Assembly: GCF_000315625.1 (NCBI RefSeq)
Contig: NW_005434673.1
Location: forward strand, 978,828-1,042,827
Direction of reading: 5' to 3'
Length of the DNA: 64,000 nucleotides
Source: Guillardia theta CCMP2712
Lineage: Eukaryota; Protista; Cryptophyta
Shown: in pieces, positions 23,301 to 34,424 of the stretch
Layout: the number at the start of each line of letters is the position of its first letter
Position numbering within the stretch: position 1 is the stretch's first letter
The notes under the pieces: generated by a model
Databases searched by the model: none
What the model was told of the DNA's origin: nothing
Seen by the model: only the letters and a program-made list of their open reading frames with translations
Translations under genes and position numbers: made by a program

Positions 23301-26300
23301 CCCCTCCTGACTTGCCCTGGGAGCCGAAATTTCCACCGGCAGTCTCAAGATGGACTGAGCTCAGGTCTTGACCTCTCGCTTGTCCTCCTTCTTTCCCTCC
23401 TTGGTTCTCTTGCTCCTTCCCTACGGCATTCCCCCCTTCGCGACCTCCAGCCTGATCAGTGTCTCCCTCGTTTTCCTCTCCTTCCCCCTTGCTCCCTATC
23501 CCATCTTGCGGGTTGCTCTCTGCTGGCTCGACGAGGTTTTGACCCTCTTCCTCGTCCTCCTCATCTTCATCTCGCAGCTTCAGCACGTCATTCTCGTCAA
23601 CATTTACAGGCTCTGCGAAACGATCTTGACCCAAGTCTGATGAGTTTGAGCTTTGATCGTCTAGAACTTTTGAGCTTGCCGTGTCTTTTCTCTCGAGGAG
23701 TTTTTGTTCAGTGACCTCAACAGCACTCCTCTGAAATTCCTCCCACACAGAGCCATCTTCATCGTTCTTGACATTCCACAACTCACCTTTGTCATAGTAA
23801 TCACATATTTGCTTCGGGATTCCAAATTGATCGACAACGAGGTAGCAAGGTTTGTTGTCCCAGAAGTAGAACTTGGCGATTCTTGAGTTGTTGACAAAAT
23901 CTGCTTGTCTTTGACCTCTATCTATCAGCATGTTCAGATGCTGCAAGATAGAGGCGTCAGACGATGGCTGCCAGAGTTGGAGAGCAGCAAAGAGACTTGG
24001 CAGGTTCACATCCTCCGACCATTCCTGGCGCAAAAACAGCATTAGGAGGAGAGGGATGGAGCAACAACAGCACGGCCTTACCCCATCGGCTTCACAGACC
24101 TCTTGGACCCTGAAAGAAAGCAGGATGCACTGAAGCGGCAGCTCTTGGTTTGAGACGAGACCTGGGAGTATGAGAGACAGGTTGCTTTCTTCATCTATTT
24201 GCCTGTCTTGTTGATTCTCTGACAAGAACTTTCCCTCCATGATGTCTCTGACTACTTCAGGAAGGAGGACCTTCTCGTTCTCATGGTAGAGCACCTCGAG
24301 GGGAGGGAACTTGTTCTTGAGCTCTAGCAGATACTCCTGCCACTGATCGCGCAGCGCCCTTGACTTGGCCAACAACTTGAACTCGGGCTTGTCTGGTTCG
24401 ATCCCAAGGTGGTTCCACTTGAAGACAAGGAACAAGGAGAACCCTTCGGGGTTGTGATCTCCAAAGACTAGTTCCCCGTCTTCACTCTCAACATCGTACG
24501 ACAGCAGGTTGAAATGTCCGTACCCCTTGATGCTCAACATGGGATACTCCCCGCTTCCATCCGCCAGGCAATCCCGGGCTATCCATTTCGTCCCCAGCAA
24601 GGAGCTTTCTCGCAAGGTAGCAAACCGATCGCTTCTCGTCAGCTCAAACTCCGCCTGCTGCGTCTGCTCATCTTCTTCCAAAGTCTCGTCCTCTTCCAAG
24701 ATGTCTTCGGCGGTCAAGTCTGACCTTACCGAGCTCTTCCTGCTCAACAGGCTTGCATGACTGCTGCGCAACGAGGTCATCGATCGTTTCCTCGTCGAGG
24801 ATCTTCGGTACACCTTGTGCTCTATAGCCCCCTTCACCGCTCCTCGAGCCTTTGAAGTATTCTCCCACTCCTCAATCATGGTCCTCGTCCTCTGCTGGAT
24901 GTTCTCGTTGGATATCATCTCGACCAGCTCATTTAGGCCCATGAAAGCATCGATGCAACGTTTGAACATGTCGACCTTCCCGCTGAGAGCCTCTGCACGG
25001 CTCGCATCATCATGCACATACTCGAAGTAGCTTCTCATCTCCTCGCATGTCCACCACTTCCCCCGGTACACATTGTGTATGGCCTCCACCTTGACAGAAT
25101 CAGCAGCGCCCTTCCTTTGCAGGCGGGAGAGGTCGACGAGCAGTTCCTTCCGTTGGTTCTCTGCCGGGCGCAACTTCTTGATCCTCGGGCCCGAGTCCTC
25201 TTGCGTCATTTCACTGACTTCACTGTCATCATCGAAATCTTCATCATCGTCCTCATCATCCTCCTCATCATCCTCCTCATCATCGTCCTCATCCTCCTCC
25301 TCTACCTCTTTCTTCTCCTTTTCTGGCTGTTTCTTCGCTTCCTGGGCTGGTTCCTTTGCACTTGCTGCATCCATTTTCGGCTTTTTGGTCCTTGTGTCCT
25401 TGACCACTTTCGGTTGAGCCTCTTTCCTGGCAACGCTCTCTGATTTCATCTCGCCTTCCTTGTCTTCATCAACAACATTCATCCTCTCTGCATCATTGAA
25501 ATCCTCTTCTCCTTCAATCTTGTGAATTGCGTCTGATGTCAGGAAAAACTTCTTCCTATCTCTTCTCGTGATTGTCTTGTAGGTCATCCTTGCGGCCTTG
25601 AGCGGACCAATCAGAGGGAACAACACGGCTCCTCCTAACAGAGCAACGCTCCCCATGAGCACTTTAGACAGTCCCTTGACAGCAAGCATCGGGAGGTTCG
25701 TCGACGCTTTAGATGTCAGTCGACCGCCCTGGCGGGTCTGGCCTTGACCTGCCGCCAGCTCATCCTGCAAGTCCTGACCGAACAAGTCGATTCCTTGAAA
25801 GACGTGAATGTCCACATACGCTGAGTTTGATTTCACGGGCCCAAGGCTGCGAGCTATCAACTCCATCTCATGCTCATTCTGAGCCTGCACGAGCTCTTTC
25901 TCCTCCCTCGCCTTCTTCTGCGCCAAGAGCATCGCCTGCTGCAGCTGCATGTCCGTCAAGAACGCGGGGTCTTGCATCCAGGCGTTGTTGCGCAGGTAGA
26001 AGAGACTGTAACTCCCTTGTTTCGCGGTTCCACTGCGCGATCGAGCTGCTTGCATCCTCTTCCTGATGAAGGCGTGTACGATCTCGAGATGTACCAGAGA
26101 CATGTTTTCTGGCATCTCTCGAATCCAGTTGAACCTGTCATGCTCAAGATCTCCGTAGTCTCTGTAATATGCATCAGGCTGCCAGCCGTAACTGTCACCC
26201 AAGAGGTTCAGGAAGTAAGGGAAGCAGTTGTCAATCTCATCAAGATGAAACTTGAGCGCTCGTTTGTGATAGCACTCTGACTTGGAGACAGCATGCCTCA

Positions 26301-29300
26301 GGTCCACAGGGATGAAATGAGCTCGGAAGTCATGGAGGTATTCGTTCAGGGCAGGGAAGATTTCAGAGTGCAGGAAGTCTCTTTCCGGCTTCATATCATC
26401 CCAGTCACTGCTGATGTAGAAATGAATGGCCTTGTAGCCGACCTGGTCCGAGTCTTCCAGCCTCTTGCCCTTGACGTCTTCGGGGATATAAATGTCGTTC
26501 ATGTCCACTTGAAGGCTCATCATCTTCCCGTGCACGGGGCCCTTGAGCGCGATGTCATCGATGACTCTCAGCATCTCGCACTTGGCGAGTTTGTCGGCTG
26601 AGCTCAACTTGCACAGGCGAACGAACCTGCGAGCAAGCGCCTCTGGTTTCCAGACATCTTTTCCCATCATGTCGTCAAGGAAGAATATCTCAGCGACGCC
26701 TTCTAGGAGGTCGAACTTGTTCAAACTGATTCGGCTCTCAGGCAGATCAAGCAGGAAGGAGACCTCAGACCGCAGTTGCTGCATGGCGAACTTGCTCTCA
26801 GCTATCAAGCTCCGCCCTGGTTCGTTCTCTTCCTCCTCCTTGAGAAACTTGACCTCTACCGAGTAAGGAGCATGGCGCGAGCCTTGAGGCAGCCTCTTGT
26901 GCCGCGCAAGCTTGGTCAGGTCCTTGGAAACAATGGCCCTCCGCAAGCGCTTCTTGTTGATCTGAACGAGCTTCTCTCGCTCGAAATCAACATCCCAGTG
27001 CTTTCTTCTCATTATCTCCGCCGAATGCTCTTTTTCCCTCACGATCTGTCGCTTCAACATCGCTTTGAACCTCGGAAAGTGCTTGGCATAGCAGGTGTCG
27101 CCGTATTCCTTCACGGTCTTGCTCCCCCAGTGGTGATACCAGAAGTGATCGAGGTGGCATTGAATCGGCTTCGACAAGATCGAGAAAGGCTCTCCGCACT
27201 CTGCGCACCTGCCAGACATGTTCCTACTCTTTCTGAGATTGTTTTCTACCAGTTCTCGACGCAATTCACTCGCATAGTTTTGGTCATAAACTCTGCGCTT
27301 CTCCTGCTCAGCTTTCCACTCCAAATCAAGCTTGCTCAGGTGAGACTCTTCTCTCTCTTGCTCCATCCGTGAAGAGGTCGACTCGTACTCCAGTACAACT
27401 CCTGAAGACCCCAGGGAGTGACGACGTTGAAGTTTGTACATAACCTTTGACTTCTTCATCCCGATCGACACGTCAGTGAAAGGCGTGTCCAAAGAAAGCG
27501 ATTTGCTCCTCTTTCTCTGAGATACGTGAAACTCCGGCAGAGTCTTTATCCGCATCTCTACGCACAACTCACCAACGGGATCAGATTCTGCAAGGTTGTA
27601 CAGCAAGAGATTTTGAAGGACCTTGATGTTTGGTTTCAATTCTTTGAATGCAAAAGAGGCATTTCCAATCAAAGCGTTTGTTCTGATCAAGTCATAGTCC
27701 AGGACATCAAAACGAACAATGTCTTGTTTGTCCAACGAGTGAGCTTCAAACTCGAAGGACTCGTTGAAGTTCGGGTAGTTAGTCTTGAATCTGATTCCTG
27801 TCTTCAAGATCCTCTCCTTGAACTCTACACTGACAAACGAATCGCAAAGCTGTTTGGTACCGAGAGGCTTCAACTCTTTCGCTGACAAGATCTTGACAGT
27901 GAAGATGGTGTCGGGAGGAAGGTCAGTTGGCTTCGGGACCAGAGATATCTCCAGGTATACTTCACCCTGGTATTCCGGGTGCAGGTAGTCCTTCAAAGGA
28001 TACCACTTGCAAACTGTTTCTCCTACACTGAAGCCCAGGAGGTCGATATCCACTCGTCCGCACGAGTCGTCTTTAGATCCGAAGTCATGATCGAAGCATT
28101 CGATGCCCAACGACGTGTCCATGGTACTCGAGCTTGTCGGGAAGACAAGGATTTCGTTCCAGCGAGGGTGCAGAGTCTTGAAGATGGTTGAAGTCTTCTT
28201 TGTCTGACCCTCGAACCTGGCGATCACGTACGGGTCTGAAGTGCCGCCCCAGTCGAGAGCCGGGAGGTTCCTCGCTTCCGAGACTCGAATCCGAAGCTGA
28301 GAATCTGTATCTTGCTCGCTGAGCTTCTTGCGAATGGAGATCTGGATCTTTACCTCCGCTCTAGAATCGGGCAACTGGAAGTTTTCCAGGAGCAACCATC
28401 TCTCGTGCAGGTAGTTCAAGGGGAAGTCCAACAGGTTGAGAGCAGAAGTTCCAATCATCACATCCTTCCTCCATTCCATGTGGTCCATTCCTGTAACGAC
28501 CAACGCACTGTCCAGCCGATCTTCGAACCCCTCGAAAACAAACGATTCGTTCCACTCAGGTCTGCTGTACAACCCCTGCTTGAATCGGACCTTGGTCTTC
28601 TGCACCCTCCCCTCGAACTCTACTTTGAAGTAGGGGTCACATGAATCACTCCTCGCCCTCGGAGGCAGCTTCCTGGCCTCCAGGATGGTAACGCGGATGA
28701 TGGTATCGAAGTCTTTTAACTCCCTCATCTTCTTGAGGCTGACCTGGACGTTGATCCTGCCGTAGAAGTCTACCTCCTCGTTCCTCCTCCTCTTCACCTG
28801 ACTCGGGTCCCCGTCCTTGCTGAACTTCTGCAAGTCGTGCCATGTTCCACTCCCAACCCCGGCAAGGTTCTCATTCATCAGGTTGATTCGGCAGCTGCCA
28901 ATCAAGATGTCTCCCAGGATGTTCTGGTGGAAGCAGTGGATCTCAACAAAGTCGTTGCTCACACTTGAGCTCTGTGCTGGGAACTCAAAGATCTGCCTCC
29001 ACATTGGCTCTAGAGTGCGCGACTTGACATCCGTCTTGAAGACTTGGCTCTTGTACTTGACGATGGCGTAGGAGTCGACAAATCCGTGGAAGCCCAACAC
29101 GGGAAACTCTTGTCCCTGGATCAGATGCACAGACAGCAGGGAGTCCGGCTCGACCGGCTTTCTCTTCTCGAAGCACAAGGACACCTCCACCTCAGCTCGG
29201 ACCTGAGGATCCGAAGGGTCCAGTATGATGTACCATGACACGATGGGCTCGGAGTCCAACACCATCTTGGAGATGTTGATGTTGCAGCCTCCCATGTACT

Positions 29301-29911
29301 GAGGGTCGTCCTCCTCCTCCCAGTCCCAGCACTGCAGCTGCAGCTCTTTCGTGTCTTGGATCTGATTTTCCTCATTGACGGTCCACACCGGGAACTCGAG
29401 CGTCTGGTTCCATTGAGGAGCGAGAGTTCTCATCCTCACTTCCGTCTTGAGGTCTCGTGCTCCCAGCCTGAACAGCAGGTACCTGCAGACACGTCGGGTC
29501 AACAGGAACAAGGTCGGTGACTGCGGAGGCTGCTCACGGATCGCTGAGCCCATCTTCATTGCGAGCAGGAAGATTTCTTGCTTGGATGGCAACAATGCTC
29601 AAGACCTTTTGCAATCAGCTCAGAGAGGTAGAGGCAGAAACTCAGTGCAAGGCTCACATATGGTGAGTCCGCGTCCGGATCGATAGGCTCTTCTTCGCCC
29701 TCCTTCTTCTGCTTCTGCCAGGATCGCTTTGAGCTTTTACGTCGCAGCAGGACGAGGGAGGCAGGACAAGGCAAGACCAACAACAGGCAAAGATGAGGGA
29801 AGATAAGGGGAGGGGAGGAGAGGTCAGGGAAGGGGAGGTCAGGGGGAGACTGTCATGTACCTTCCTGCGGAAGACCGAGGAGAGGGCGGGAAGGGAAGCA
29901 CCTCCCCCCAT
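17320..29911 (-). CDS. Giant STAND NTPase: 5 tandem C2 + Zn-finger-like + DUF4062 + (split C2, PH-like insert) + NACHT-like ATPase + WD40 repeats (TEP1/NWD-like C-terminal half)
   Basis: 12-kb ORF 17413-29595 plus small 5' exons (MGGGASLPALSSVFRRK / KQKKEGEEEPIDPDADSPY / VLSIVAIQARNLPARNEDGLSDP) and a 3' exon 17320-17406 (GILACGDSTGKCYLL). Walker A GEAGCGKS at ~20977-21000, Walker B VLIVLD. DUF4062 FYISSDWDDMKPERDFL..LGDSYGW..SLVHLEI. Many GH..WD repeats. Confidence 0.88.
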
Positions 29912-30329
29912 CTCGCCTACGGCATTGCTACCGCTATCGCCCCGCCGTCGGAGTGAGGCAGACCCGCGAAATGAGAACGGGACTGTAAAAGAAAGAAAGA
30001 CAAAAAAGAACGGACCCGTTGTATTCCAACAGTTGAACTTCACGTGTAAGTTGAGGAATCACTTGTAAGTGCTTGAACTTCTTTACTTGTAAGTAGTTTA
30101 GACTTGCACCTGCTACTTGCGAATGGTGGTCATAAGGCTGGTAACGGTTACTAGGATTGCAGTTTCGAGTGCTCCGGTCATTTAGGTTAGGGTTTAGGTT
30201 TTAGAGGCGCCTCTACCTTTGTATCATATCTGTTCAGGACAAAATTCGTCGAATTCTACTTGTGACTTGACCGCAACAGCCTAACTGTTGAGCTTCGGAA
30301 GATTCAAAGAGTGTGAGTTACGATTTAAG

Positions 30330-31595
30330 TTAATGCATCAATTCATTCAACTCATTCAATTCTACTCGTTGCACTCGTGGCCATGCTGCAACCTGCCACC
30401 ATGACATCACATCCTCTATCGGAAATCTCACTGTCAGAGAGCGCATGCATCCTCACCGACGCCTTCTGCCCCGGCGTACTGTATCCCCATGAGGCGAAGT
30501 ACACGTTCACGCGCGAAGAGAGGAAAAGATCCGAAACAACCTGCCAGTCTCTCAGACAGGAATGAGTTGCTAGCTCGACTTCACATTCTTGATCACTCCT
30601 GCGTTGTCATCGAAGTAATGCAGGCGGTGCTCTGTGTTTGCAAAAATCAACGTAAAGGTAAGAAAGACTTGCAAGGCCGTACCCGGATATTCTTTTGCAA
30701 TTTCAGACAATGCCTGAACCTAAAGGACGCCCGTCAGATCAAACAAGGAAGATACAACCTGCACCTTTGTGTCCTGCGATACTTTCACGACTCTGCTTCG
30801 CTCCAGCTCGACCCCTGATCTTTTCAACACCGAGTTGGTGAAATCTTGTTCATTGCTGGTTAGGACGTAAATTTTATCCCCGAAGCTTCTCAAAGCTATG
30901 TCAATCCCAGGATACAGAGGGTTTTTCTCCATCCAATGAACGATGTCGTCTTGTCCAGCAGCCTCCTGTGCTGTGAAGGTGCTGAGCAGGTCGTTCTTTT
31001 TGCACTGGTACTTGTGCAACAGCACGTCTCTCATGAAATCCCAATTTTCAACCATCTCTCCTGCTGACAATGGCCGCTCTCCTGAGGGCGACCGCTTGGC
31101 TGTTACGGCTTCAGACACGCAGAGTCTTGCGGCAAGAACCAGGTCTGCAGGGTCCGAAGCTACGGGCCTCAGTTGCTTCAACTTCTCCTCTAGCCACCTT
31201 GGAACATGACCTCCTTCATCAGCCTCATACTGGCTCCAGTCATAGCCCACCCAACTCTTCCTCACGCCAGCATCCCTTGCGCTCAGATAGGCGCACTCCT
31301 GCATGGTTTCAGGCCAAAGCTGTCTGGCAGCGAGGACTGCGGTTTCAACGTAGTTTGAGACAGTGTTGCAAAGGACTCCATCGAAGTCGAACACGTAAAC
31401 ACTTTGCTCCTGAGCATCACATCTCAACGAAAAACTTCCTTCCCTCACTCTTCCACGACTTCTTCCTGGATTGAAGGAGTTGTGTCCTAAAAGTTTCCGT
31501 GGCCAACCTGTCCCGCCCGCGGCAACAAAGCCATTCACACTGACGATAGAGCAGCAACCCGTAAGCAGCAACAGAGCAAGCCCAGCATATCTCAT
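30330..31595 (-). CDS. Plastid-targeted HAD-superfamily hydrolase (cyanobacterial/plant chloroplast type)
   Basis: Leader MRYAGLALLLLTGCCSIVSVNG-FVAA; motif I YVFDFDGV; LYPG; later exons HYFDD and YFASWGY; stop TAA at 30330-30332. Confidence 0.82.
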
Positions 31596-31988
31596 CCTCG
31601 CTCCTCTTCTCCATGCTCGTCCCCCATTCCCTCTCCTTCCTTCCACACCGCCATTGCCAGGCACCCCCGTCATCGCAATCCTTGTAACAAGCAAGCTTCA
31701 AATCCGGGTCCGCCTCAGCCGGACCCGCACACTGAAAACAGTCACACTAGTAGTCAAGTTAAGTTAAAGTAGTCCGGTTCAATTCAGTGAACGCGGCGGC
31801 CCGGCCGCCGACCGTCCGGGCCCGGCAGTTTCACACCGGACCTCGGAGTCAGGGAATGCAGCACTGCAGGCATCGAGCCGATGGAGTCAATGTGTGAGTC
31901 ACAATCATGACAAACTTGCAATATGATTGCCGGAGGCCCGGGCAACGTCGTGCCAATGTAATACGGTTGTATATACTTGTGTCACTAA

Positions 31989-32060
31989 GCGTTCGTAGTG
32001 TAGTGGTTAGCACATCAGCCTTCCAAGCTGGTGGCCCGGGTTCGAGTCCCGGCGATCGCA
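31989..32060 (+). tRNA. tRNA-Gly (anticodon TCC)
   Basis: 72-nt cloverleaf: acceptor GCGTTCG/CGATCGC (one T-T mismatch), A-box TAGTGTAGTGG, anticodon arm TCAGC-CTTCCAA-GCTGG, T arm GGTTCGAGTCC, downstream T-run terminator. Confidence 0.95.
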
Positions 32061-32339
32061 TTCTTTTTGTCTACATAGATATGACCTCCCACAAGAGCTG
32101 CCAATATGGCAGGCTCTATGGACATATCTTGCGCACAGTGAGCTACTCCATGCTCCTGTGTCCTTGTTTGCTGCCGTGCTTCTGATTTTTGCTCTCTCTC
32201 TTACACCTCCATCCTCTCTCCTCGCGATCCTTCCTCTCTGTTTCGTGACTCCGATCAACACTCAACCATCCCTTCCCGCACAGAGACTCGCGATCCCTTG
32301 CCCTCGACTCGCATTGATCGAGGCACTGCATTTTGAGGG

Positions 32340-34051
32340 ATGGCGCACCACAAATGCTCAAAGAAATTCCTCGGTATCTTGTGCATAGCCGGAGTTGTTG
32401 TCATGTGGGTCGGGTCGTCTGAGCTTATCCAGATCATTTTTGATGATCGGAATTTCGCGAGACCATTCTTCCTGACTTACTTCTCAACGTCGCTATTCTG
32501 CATCTACCTCCTGGGTTTCTTGTTTTTATCTTCGTGGCGCAATGGAAACAAGGCTCCATCCACCGATGGCAGTTCAACAATAGAGGAGAGCCGTGCTATG
32601 TTGCTGGATTCAGCTGCCACGGAGGAGGATGCGTTGCCGCCGGCAACTAAGCATGAATCCCCGCAAGGATTCAAGACCGGTTGGCAGACGGCAATGCTTG
32701 CAGTCCAGTTCGTTCCCCTTTGGTTTGCTGCAAACTGGACTTTCAATGCAAGTCTATGCACGTGAGCTTTGACAACGTTCAATGGAATCGAGATCAATCA
32801 CCCCCTATTACAGGAAGTGTGGAACAGGAACGACGGTTGCATCAAGTACAGTCATAAGGTTTCAATCAATCGCTGAGAAATTTTCTGAAGCGTCTTGAAA
32901 GCTCTTCATCGTCGTTCTTCACGTTGATAATGTCAGCGTTGGTTCTGAAAGAACATCTTTCTTGGGTCTTTGACTATGTCGAGTTAATGTTAAATGATTT
33001 CTATCTTCTGCAGATCAAATTTTTATCAGTTCTGATGAGTTGTGGTGGAGTGGTACTAGTGACGGAGTTTGATGAGGGTTCGAGTGCCGAAAGCTCATTG
33101 CTGGTATGGCAACAAGACGCAGTGTGCTTTCACTGACTCTGCTAAAATCAGGGAGACGGTTTGTCTTTGATTTCTGCGATTCTTATGGCAGCCTTCACGG
33201 TCTTGACGTGCAATCTTTCTTATCCTTGTGAAGTCTGAATTGCCTCTTGCAGGTCCAATTGAAATACGTGGTTCCTAACGAAGACGAAGTCCGGATGCCG
33301 ATGCTGCTAGGTTGGTTGACTGTCGAGCAAGCCGTGCGAACGTGTCTGATTTGAGGTTATCTACCAGGTTTTCTGGGGCTATTCACTCTGATCATTGGAC
33401 TGCCGTTCCTCCTCTTGTTTCATTACACCGGGTTGGAGAAGTTTGAAGGGGTCAGCCGGCCTTGAGGTGTTTTTAGACGGTAACCCTCCTGCACCCAGAT
33501 CCCCCTCAATGTTTTGGCGTACCTGACTTTCAACGGAGTGGTTGGAACCGTCCTCTCAGACCTGCTCTGGGCGCAGGTCTCTCAGAGCGCTCCGAGTGCC
33601 GCTGACATGCGATGGCAGGCCATTGTGTTCACTTCTCCGCTGCAGGCAAACCTGGGAGTCAGCCTTACCATCCCCTTGTCCTTCTTCGCCGACGAGGTCT
33701 GTGATCCAGTCAAGCTTCGGAAGGAGCTCACGGTTTGCTGCATGACAGATTGCTCAACGGCACGTGGGTCACAAGATGAAGTGGGAGTACTTCTGCGGGG
33801 CGGTACGCGCTACGTTCTGACCGACTTGTTTCTCTCTCTGACTGATGCGAATTCACTTCAAGGCTCTGGTGTTTGTCTCCTTCGTGGGTGTGAACAGCTA
33901 TGCAGAAGACCGCAAGGACCCAAGTAGCCCTGACGTCGACATGGAATCCAACATAGGCCTGGAGGACGTCAGGTGGGCCGCATATTCCAGCCTCGGAGAG
34001 ATGTCTGACTGCGTTCTCGGCAGTGGAGGGGATGACCCCGGGGCTGAGTAG
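32340..34051 (+). CDS. SLC35F5/Thi74-like EamA (DMT) transporter, multi-exon
   Basis: MWVGSSELIQ.IF..F.RPFFLTYFSTSLF, FVPLWFAANWTFNASL, LTFNGVVGTVLSDLLWA, TSPL.ANLGVSLTIPLS..AD. Confidence 0.88.
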
Positions 34052-34424
34052 GGCAGACTCGGAGTCTGGCCCTCGCTGATGCCTAAATGTGGCCCATGTA
34101 ACATAGATTCGGATAAATGAGTGTTATAGTAGCAAGGTTATAAACCACCGTGGCACAGTAGCCTGAGTCAACTTGCTGCTGGAGCCCGGCCGACTCGGTC
34201 ATTCAACGGCTGATGACTCGCGGCTGATGACTCAGTGGCGGCAGGGGCCGGGCCGGGCCGGGCCCGGTGGGGGGGTGGGGGGCGGCCTAGTGGGGGCGGC
34301 CGCCGGGGCCCAGCGGCGGCCGGGCCCGGCGGCGGGCCCCTGGACTCAGTGAGGGGCTGGATGAGGGGCAAGAAATGACGGGAATGAGGGGGATGACAAG
34401 GCCTAGAGGCTATATCGGGTGGAC

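Noticed and set aside
17548-29238. Numerous + strand and alternative-frame ORFs overlapping the giant gene
   Set aside because: Shadow ORFs of GC-rich coding sequence with no domain signal.
17320-29911. Calling the giant gene TEP1
   Set aside because: No TROVE or vWA domain is visible; only the DUF4062-NACHT-WD40 half is shared.
30181-30207. Telomere-like TTTAGG/TTAGGG repeats (telo-box TAGGGTTT)
   Set aside because: Only about four degenerate units, so chance cannot be excluded.
31849-32061. ORF MRSPGLEPGPPAWKADVLTTTL
   Set aside because: Antisense translation of tRNA-Gly.
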